64,000 bases of DNA from Candidatus Nitrospinota bacterium M3_3B_026 (GTDB lineage Bacteria; Nitrospinota_A; UBA7883; JBPRGF01): assembly GCA_051418015.1 (NCBI GenBank), contig JBPRGF010000024.1:64001-128000 (forward strand). Reading direction: 5' to 3'. The notes beneath the pieces are model-generated. The model was not told where the DNA came from, did no database searches, and worked only from the letters and a program-made list of their open reading frames with translations. Shown in pieces: positions 57,648 through 64,000 of the stretch. The stretch's first letter is position 1, and each line of letters opens with the position of its first letter. Position numbers and translations under genes: made by a program.

Positions 57648-58469
57648 TTGCGGACCTTCCTTTTCCTTCTCCCGTTTTTTTTGATAACCTCGGCCTCCGC
57701 CGCCGATCCCGGGGCTGAAGGGGCGTCCCATCCCCTGCCTTTCAGCGAGGGTGAGCGCCTGGTCTATGACATCTCCTGGATGGGGATAGTCGGCGGCGAG
57801 GGCGTCCTGGAGGTCAAGGAGACCATAATGAACAGGGGCGTACCGGTCTATGTCATCGAGGTCGTGGGAAGGTCCGTGGACTGGCTGGGCGATCTTTATC
57901 CCATCGAGGACAGGACCTTTTCCTACTTCGACATCAAGAACCGCCGCAGCCAGAAGGTGGTGATAAAAATATCCGAGGGAAGCTACAGGAAGCTGAAGGT
58001 GATCGACTTCGACCAGGAGAGCCATGTCGCCACGTACAAAATCAACGACGACCCCCCGGAGGAGTTTGAGATCGAGCCGGACTCCCAGGACGCCTTTTCC
58101 GTCCTGTACGCCTTCAGGACCATGAGAGACAGGATCAGGACGGGGGAGGCTGTCAGCCTGCCGCTGTTTGACGATAGGAAAAAGTACCGGCTGAAAATAA
58201 ACGTGCTCAGGAAGGAGCGGGTCGAGCTTCCCCAGGGGATGGTTGATACAATAGTCGTCGAGCCGGAGCTGAAGACCGAGGGCGTGTTCCGCCGCCGGGG
58301 TAAGATGACCATCTGGTTCACCGACGACGAGAATCTCATCCCGGTTATTATGAGCTCGAAGATTTTTATCGGGTCGATATACGCCACCCTCCGCGACTAC
58401 AGCGGAACAAAGATAGACTTCATCCCTTACCCGGAGAGGGAAAGGGAAAAGGAGAAAACCGGGAAATGA
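57648..58469 (+). CDS. DUF3108-type exported protein
   Basis: GERLVY.ISW.G, D..S.LY..R and IWFTDD...IPV motifs. Confidence 0.8.
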   Translation: MRTFLFLLPFFLITSASAADPGAEGASHPLPFSEGERLVYDISWMGIVGGEGVLEVKETIMNRGVPVYVIEVVGRSVDWLGDLYPIEDRTFSYFDIKNRRSQKVVIKISEGSYRKLKVIDFDQESHVATYKINDDPPEEFEIEPDSQDAFSVLYAFRTMRDRIRTGEAVSLPLFDDRKKYRLKINVLRKERVELPQGMVDTIVVEPELKTEGVFRRRGKMTIWFTDDENLIPVIMSSKIFIGSIYATLRDYSGTKIDFIPYPEREREKEKTGK

Positions 58470-60154
58470 CCGAAAAGCTTCGAATGGCCCTGGCGCAGAT
58501 CAACCCCACCGTGGGCGACCTGGAGGGCAACGCCGGGCTGATCGTCTCCAACGTCCGGAAAGCCGCCGGGGCCGGGGCGGACCTTGTCATCTTTCCGGAG
58601 CTTGCCGTCTCCGGCTATCCGCCGGAAGACCTTTTGACCCGTCCCGGGTTTCTCCGCAAAAGCGCCAGGACGCTGGAGAAAATCGCCAGGGAGACCGCCG
58701 GAGCGGCCGTCATCCTCGGCGCCCCGGCGGTCGTTGACGGGAAGGTGAAAAACGCCGCCCTCGTCCTTTCCGGCGGGAGGGCGCAGGGGATGGTCTTCAA
58801 GACCGAGCTGCCGAACTACGGCGTCTTCGATGAAAGGCGGTACTTCGCCCCCGGCGCCAACGGCCCCCTCGTCAAGGTGGGCCCGGCGGCCGTGGGCGTC
58901 ACCATCTGCGAGGATATCTGGACCCAGAACGATATCACGGACAAGCTGACGGCCGACGGCGCCAATTTGCTCGTGAACCTTTCGGGGTCGCCCTACAGGG
59001 TGGGCATCCTCGAAAAACGGCGGAAAATCGTGGGGGGTATAGCCAGAAAACTTTCTGTTCCCTTCGCCTATTGCAACCTCGCGGGAGGTCAGGACGAGCT
59101 GGTTTTCGACGGCCGCTCCTTCGTCTCCGGGCCGGACGGCGAGGTCATCGCCGGCGCCGAGCCTTTCGGCGAGGATCTGCTGATCGTTGACGTTCCCGTA
59201 TCACCGCTTTCCGGCGGATTCGGCCGCGATATCATCGACCTTTCCTCCGGCCCGGCCGAAAAACCGTCCATCCCCCAGAAGAGCCGCCGCGTTATAACCG
59301 GTGAGAACGCGGAAATATACGAGGCTCTTGTGCTCGGCGCTCGTGACTACGTGGGGAAGAACGGGTTCCGCGACGTGGTGATCGCCCTCTCCGGCGGGAT
59401 AGACTCCGCCCTCGCCATGACCGTCGCCGTGGACGCCCTCGGCCCGGAGCGGGTCCACGCCGTCTCTTTGCCCTCGCCCTATTCGTCGGAAGGCTCCATA
59501 ACGGACGCCCGCAGGCTGGCGGAGAACCTCGACGCGGCGCCTATGATCTCCCTACCCATCGAGGGGCCCATGAAGGCTTTCGAGAAGACGCTGGAGGACG
59601 TTTTCAGGGATACGGAGCCGGGCGTGGCCGAAGAGAACATCCAGGCCCGGATCAGGGGCGCGCTGGTCATGGCCCTGTCCAACAAGTTCGGCTGGCTGGC
59701 CCTCACCACCGGCAACAAAAGCGAGATCGCCGTGGGCTACTGCACGCTCTACGGGGACATGGTGGGAGGGTTCTCCGTCATCAAGGACGTTTTCAAGACG
59801 AGGGTCTACGCCCTCTGCGAATGGCGCAACCTCGAGGCCGGGCGGGAGCTTATCCCCCGCTCCATAATCGAAAAGCCCCCCTCCGCCGAGCTTCGCCCCG
59901 GCCAGCTGGACATCGACTCGCTGCCTCCATACAACCAGCTGGACCCCATCCTGGAGGCGTACATAGAAGGCGAGAAGAATATTGATGAGATAGTGGATTT
60001 GGGTTACAGTAGGCCCCTTGTCTCCAGGGTGATCAGGATGGTTGACAAGGCCGAGTACAAACGCCGCCAGGGGCCAATAGGAGTGAAGATCACCGCCAAG
60101 GCCTTCGGCAGGGACAGGCGCCATCCCATCACCTGCAGGTACGTGGACGAATAG
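58466..60154 (+). CDS. nadE: Glutamine-dependent NAD+ synthetase
   Basis: Nitrilase domain (FPEL, LPNYGVFDE, ICEDIW) plus SGGIDS, ENIQAR, TGNKSE and PSAEL motifs. Confidence 0.97.
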   Translation: MTEKLRMALAQINPTVGDLEGNAGLIVSNVRKAAGAGADLVIFPELAVSGYPPEDLLTRPGFLRKSARTLEKIARETAGAAVILGAPAVVDGKVKNAALVLSGGRAQGMVFKTELPNYGVFDERRYFAPGANGPLVKVGPAAVGVTICEDIWTQNDITDKLTADGANLLVNLSGSPYRVGILEKRRKIVGGIARKLSVPFAYCNLAGGQDELVFDGRSFVSGPDGEVIAGAEPFGEDLLIVDVPVSPLSGGFGRDIIDLSSGPAEKPSIPQKSRRVITGENAEIYEALVLGARDYVGKNGFRDVVIALSGGIDSALAMTVAVDALGPERVHAVSLPSPYSSEGSITDARRLAENLDAAPMISLPIEGPMKAFEKTLEDVFRDTEPGVAEENIQARIRGALVMALSNKFGWLALTTGNKSEIAVGYCTLYGDMVGGFSVIKDVFKTRVYALCEWRNLEAGRELIPRSIIEKPPSAELRPGQLDIDSLPPYNQLDPILEAYIEGEKNIDEIVDLGYSRPLVSRVIRMVDKAEYKRRQGPIGVKITAKAFGRDRRHPITCRYVDE

Positions 60155-60190
60155 GATCGGCGCGGAACGATTTTTTGAGGGGAGGTCTCG

Positions 60191-60742
60191 TTGAAGGCGT
60201 TCAACATAGTTCCCAGAAAGCTGTTTTTCACGAACGGGGTTGGCGTGCACAAGGAGGGGCTTCGCTCTTACGAGATCGCGCTGCGGGACGCGGGCATAGA
60301 AAAATGCAACCTGGTGAACGTCTCCTCCATACTTCCGCCGAACTGTAAGATCATCTCCCGCCGGGAGGGGCTCAAGCTTCTGCAGCCCGGCGCCATCACC
60401 TTCTGCGTCCAGGCCCGTTGCGCCAGCAACGAGCCGCACAGGCTCATCGCCGCGTCGATCGGGTGCGCTATCCCCAAGGGGAGAGGAAGCTATGGCTATC
60501 TCTCCGAGCACCACGCCTACGGCCAGACCGACAAGATAGCCGGCGACTACGCCGAGGACCTCGCCGCGGCGATGCTGGCGTCCACCCTGGGCGTGGAGTT
60601 CGACGAGGACAAGAACTGGGACGAGAAGAAGGAGGTCTTCAGGATGTCCGACAAGATAGTCAAAACGCGCAACATCACCCAGTCCGCCATCGTCAAGAAG
60701 GGCTACACGACAGTCGTGGCGGCCGCTGTGTTCATCCTTTAG
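60191..60742 (+). CDS. pdaD: Pyruvoyl-dependent arginine decarboxylase
   Basis: [19 protein letters not shown] (Ser-Ser self-cleavage site) and GYLSEHH. Confidence 0.9.
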   Translation: MKAFNIVPRKLFFTNGVGVHKEGLRSYEIALRDAGIEKCNLVNVSSILPPNCKIISRREGLKLLQPGAITFCVQARCASNEPHRLIAASIGCAIPKGRGSYGYLSEHHAYGQTDKIAGDYAEDLAAAMLASTLGVEFDEDKNWDEKKEVFRMSDKIVKTRNITQSAIVKKGYTTVVAAAVFIL

Positions 60743-60754
60743 GGAGGCTCTCTC

Positions 60755-61060
60755 ATGATCGACAAGCCGAGCGAGAAGGAGGAGGAGTACTTCGCCCGTC
60801 AGAACTTTGAGCGCAAGAAGAAGGAGGAGGAGCAGGCCCGGCGCGAAATGGAGGAGGCCGAGCGCCAAAGGCTCAAGGAGCTTCACTACATGCGCTGCCC
60901 GAAATGCGGCATGGAGCTTCTGGAGCTGGACTACAGGGGGCTGAAGATCGACAAGTGCCCGACCTGCGAGGGGATATGGCTCGACGCCGGGGAACTGGAC
61001 AGCATTCTGGAGGAGAGCGGGGGCAGGCTGGGCGGTTTTCTGAGAATTTTCTCGAAGTAA
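60755..61060 (+). CDS. Zinc-ribbon (zf-TFIIB-like) protein with N-terminal coiled coil
   Basis: EEEYF, CPKC...IDKCPTCEGIWLDAGEL. Confidence 0.88.
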   Translation: MIDKPSEKEEEYFARQNFERKKKEEEQARREMEEAERQRLKELHYMRCPKCGMELLELDYRGLKIDKCPTCEGIWLDAGELDSILEESGGRLGGFLRIFSK

Positions 61061-61137
61061 GGGTCGGCGCATCTTTCAAAATTATTTCGTTAAAGCCTCT
61101 CCCCCCCCTCTGTGTCAGGGGATTTTGATTGGCGTAA

Positions 61138-61209
61138 AATGTCATTCAAAGCGAAGAATTCCGTTGTTCCATCCGGCGCGGGATGCTTCACTTCGTTCAG
61201 CATGACATT
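61138..61209. repeat. TGTC-type palindromic intergenic repeat, copy 2
   Basis: AATGTCATTC..AGCGAAGAAT...GATGCTTC...TCAGCATGACATT. Confidence 0.8.
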
Positions 61210-61236
61210 GGCGGGCGCGTATGCGGGGCGCAAGCG

Positions 61237-61312
61237 ATGTCATTCTGAGCCGGAGCGAAGAATCTCGTTGTTTCGTCCGGTACGGGATCCTTCGCGTTGC
61301 TCAGGATGACAT
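61237..61312. repeat. TGTC-type palindromic intergenic repeat, copy 3 (most intact)
   Basis: ATGTCATTCTGAGCCGGAGCGAAGAATCTCG...CGGGATCCTTCGCGTTGCTCAGGATGACAT. Confidence 0.85.
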
Positions 61313-61361
61313 TGTTGGCAGGATGGCGGATTAACCATACCACCCCTTATCGCGGCGAATA

Positions 61362-62279
61362 ATGCGCGGATTATTCTTGATCGCTTTATCGGCGGCGGTC
61401 CTTTTGCTTGCGCCGCTTCCCGCCGCGGCCACGCCGGAGTACGCTGAGCGGACGGGCAAAGACTGCGCCGCATGCCACGTGACGCCGGAGGGAAGGGCGC
61501 TCAACGAGACCGGCCTCGCCTACCAGGCCGCGGGCTACCGCTGGCCGGGAGATAAAAGATACGAGCCGATAATGCCCATGGGCGCCACGGCTCGGGCCGT
61601 GACGGGGCTTGTCCATTTTATCGGCGGCTTCCTGTGGTTCGGGACCATTCTCTACGTCCACATCCTGCTGCGCCCCGCCTACGCGGCCAAGGGGCTGCCC
61701 AAGGGGGAGATGCGGCTGGGGCTTTTTTCGATGATCGCCGTGGGGATAAGCGGCATCCTGCTGACGCTCTCAAGAATCGACGGCGCGGACATCCTCTACG
61801 GGACCAGGTGGGGGATCCTGCTATCGGTAAAAATTCTCATATACACCGTCATGGTGACCTCGGCGGCGATGGTGGTGACGCTGCTGAACCCGAGGCTCAG
61901 GAAAGGCCGGGCGAAAGCAGCTCATCCAAAGGACGGCGTCTTCGGCCCCGGAACGCTGGGCGCCTTCGACGGCAAGGGGGGCGCCCCGGCATACATCGCC
62001 TTCAAGGGAAAAGTCTACGACGTCACCGCCTCGAAGCTGTGGAAGGACGGCGAACACCTCAGGAAACACGCCGCCGGGCGCGATCTCACCTCGGAGCTTG
62101 AAGGCGCGCCCCACGGCCCGGAGAAGCTGGAGGCGATGGAGAAGGCCGGAACGTATGACCCCTCCCTGCCGTCTCATCTCACGCCGCCGCAGAGGACCTT
62201 TTACGTGGTGGCGTACACCAACCTCGCGCTGGTGTTCGTGGCCCTGGCCGTCATAGCCTTCTGGCGCTGGGGCGGGTGA
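61362..62279 (+). CDS. Fusion of c-type heme domain, CopD-like membrane domain and cytochrome b5-like domain
   Basis: Signal peptide, CAACH, four TMs, and GKVYDVT.SKLW..GEH...H.AG.DLT....APHG. Confidence 0.8.
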   Translation: MRGLFLIALSAAVLLLAPLPAAATPEYAERTGKDCAACHVTPEGRALNETGLAYQAAGYRWPGDKRYEPIMPMGATARAVTGLVHFIGGFLWFGTILYVHILLRPAYAAKGLPKGEMRLGLFSMIAVGISGILLTLSRIDGADILYGTRWGILLSVKILIYTVMVTSAAMVVTLLNPRLRKGRAKAAHPKDGVFGPGTLGAFDGKGGAPAYIAFKGKVYDVTASKLWKDGEHLRKHAAGRDLTSELEGAPHGPEKLEAMEKAGTYDPSLPSHLTPPQRTFYVVAYTNLALVFVALAVIAFWRWGG

Positions 62280-62288
62280 GAAGCGAGG

Positions 62289-64000
62289 CTAGACGTCCAG
62301 CTCGCCGCCTGAACGCACGAACGCGGCGGAATTTTCCTTCAAAAACTCGTAGCGGGCGGAGGCGTCTTTTCCCATCAGGCGGGAGAACGCCGTGTCCGTC
62401 GCCTCGGCGTTGTCTATGGTCACCCTCAAAAGACGCCTGCCGGATGGCGTCATGGTGGTCTCCTTCAACACCGGCGCCGGCATTTCCCCAAGGCCCTTGT
62501 AGCGGTGTATCACGGGTTTGACGTTCTTCGGGGCGTCTTTCAGGATTTTTTCCTTTGCCTTTTCATCGACAGCGTAATGAGTCTTCTTTCCAAGCTCTAT
62601 CCTGTAAAGCGGTGGCTGCGCCAGGAAGACGTGGCCGTTTTCGACCAGCTTCTTCATGTGGCGGTAGAAAAACGTGAGCAGAAGCGCGCTTATGTGCGCC
62701 CCGTCCACGTCGGCGTCGGTCATGATGATTATCCGGCCGTAGCGCAGCTTGGAGTAGTCGAACGCCGGGCCTATCCCCGTCCCTATGGTGGTGGTGAGGG
62801 CTTTCAGCTCGTTGTTGGCGGCCAGTTTCTCCGCCGTGGCGCTCTCCACGTTCAGAATCTTGCCGCGCAGGGGGAGGACGGCCTGCGTCCGCCTGTCCCG
62901 GGCCTGCTTGGAGGAGCCCCCGGCGGAGTCTCCCTCCACTATGAACAGCTCGCTTTCGGCGGGCTTGGTGGAGGCGCAGTCGGCGAGCTTGCCCGGCAGG
63001 GTCAGGCGGTGGCTGACGAAGGTTTTTCGCAGCACCGTCTCCTTGGCCTCGCGGGAGGCAAGGCGCGCCTGGGCCGCAAGCCTCACCCTGTTCACTATCT
63101 CCTCGGCGGAGGAGGGGTTCTCCAGCAGGTACCTTTCGAAGGCCGTCTTGACGGAGGTCTCGACTGCGGACTGGGCTTCGACGTTGTTGAGCTTCTCCTT
63201 CGTCTGCCCCTGGAATTGCGGGTTCGGCAGCATGACCGAAAGGACCGCCACCAGCCCCTCGCGCGCGTCGTCGGCGACGATCTGCGGCGTCTTGCCTTTC
63301 CCGGCGACGCGTTCCATGTGGCCGCGCAGCGTCTTCGTCAGAGCGTTCCGGAGCCCGTTCTCATGAGCCCCCCCGGCGGAGGTGTAGACGGAGTTGGCGT
63401 AGGAGAGTATCCGCGACTCCGTCCCCGACGTCCACTGCAGGGCAAGCTCTATCTGTATCCCGTTGGTCTTGTCGTCATGGTAGAAGTACCCCCCCCCAAC
63501 GGTTTTTTTGCCCTTCAGCAGGTTCGCCAGATAGTCGCGGATGCCGTTCTCGTAGTGAAAAGTCTCCTTCGCCCCCTCCTTCTCATCGACGACGTGGATG
63601 GTCAGTCCGGAATTCAAAAAAGCCTTCGTCTCCGCCCGCTCGGCGATCCACTTTTTGTTGAAAGATTTTTTCGTGAATATCTCGGGATCCGGCCAGAAGG
63701 TTATTTCAGTCCCGGAGCCTTTTGTCTTGCGGCTCTTTTTCAGCTTTCCCTTCGGTTTTCCCCGCGCGAAATCCTGCGTCCATTCGGCCCCGCCTCTCCT
63801 GACGGCCACCGACAACTTTTCGGACAAAGCGTTGACGACTGATATCCCCACCCCGTGCAGGCCGCCGGATGAGCTGTAGCTTTTGTTGGAGAACTTGGCG
63901 CCGGAGTGCAGCGTGGTCATGATGATCTCGAGGGCCGGTTTCTTGAACTTGGGATGCGGGTCTACTGGTATCCCCCTGCCGTTGTCCTCCACGGTGAGGC
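62289..64000 (-). CDS. Type IIA topoisomerase B subunit (ParE-like; GyrB not excluded), 5' end outside window
   Basis: DNGRGIP, LHSGAKF...GGLHGVG, VEGDSAGGS, PLRGKILN, DADVDG and YKGLGEM motifs. Confidence 0.95.
   Translation of the reverse strand, partial: LTVEDNGRGIPVDPHPKFKKPALEIIMTTLHSGAKFSNKSYSSSGGLHGVGISVVNALSEKLSVAVRRGGAEWTQDFARGKPKGKLKKSRKTKGSGTEITFWPDPEIFTKKSFNKKWIAERAETKAFLNSGLTIHVVDEKEGAKETFHYENGIRDYLANLLKGKKTVGGGYFYHDDKTNGIQIELALQWTSGTESRILSYANSVYTSAGGAHENGLRNALTKTLRGHMERVAGKGKTPQIVADDAREGLVAVLSVMLPNPQFQGQTKEKLNNVEAQSAVETSVKTAFERYLLENPSSAEEIVNRVRLAAQARLASREAKETVLRKTFVSHRLTLPGKLADCASTKPAESELFIVEGDSAGGSSKQARDRRTQAVLPLRGKILNVESATAEKLAANNELKALTTTIGTGIGPAFDYSKLRYGRIIIMTDADVDGAHISALLLTFFYRHMKKLVENGHVFLAQPPLYRIELGKKTHYAVDEKAKEKILKDAPKNVKPVIHRYKGLGEMPAPVLKETTMTPSGRRLLRVTIDNAEATDTAFSRLMGKDASARYEFLKENSAAFVRSGGELDV

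Noticed and set aside
61126..61139. TTGAT-N4-GTAAA as an FNR box for the cytochrome gene
   Set aside because: The right half-site has two mismatches, and the site is separated from the gene by two repeat elements.
1..64000. CRISPR array, rRNA/tRNA, transposase/integrase, prophage, defence system or selenocysteine read-through
   Set aside because: I saw no regularly spaced repeats or relevant protein motifs. The catalytic Cys motifs I examined are ordinary Cys codons, and TGA stops fall at natural protein ends.

Overview
High-GC bacterial chromosomal window, densely coding and apparently diderm (kdsC, an AsmA/YhdP protein and lipoproteins are present). The ffh-rpsP-khpA-rimM-trmD-SPOUT-rplS order and overall gene content suggest a Nitrospinota/Desulfobacterota-like organism, which is an inference. 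I saw no rRNA, tRNA, CRISPR array or transposase. Housekeeping genes: amidase, kdsC, fabI, the ffh to rplS block, nadE, pdaD and a partial parE/gyrB. Accessory modules: (1) methanofuran-pathway homologues mfnB and mfnE, convergent and without other C1 genes; (2) a PEGA Ser/Thr kinase next to a large TPR-PEGA-FN3 exported protein; (3) a complete oleABCD olefin/beta-lactone cluster; (4) a three-gene signalling cascade whose kinase joins a NarX/McpN-type nitrate-sensing domain to a FixL-like PAS; (5) a ~12 kb surface-glycosylation locus with three GT-C-like membrane proteins, two of them sharing a repeated CBM-like domain, plus GT2, deacetylase, flippase-like and radical SAM genes; (6) a stand-alone protein of six MshEN-like repeats; (7) a heme c / CopD-like 4TM / cytochrome b5 fusion; (8) a family of TGTCAT...ATGACA palindromic intergenic repeats. 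All calls come from motif recognition by eye; no searches were run.
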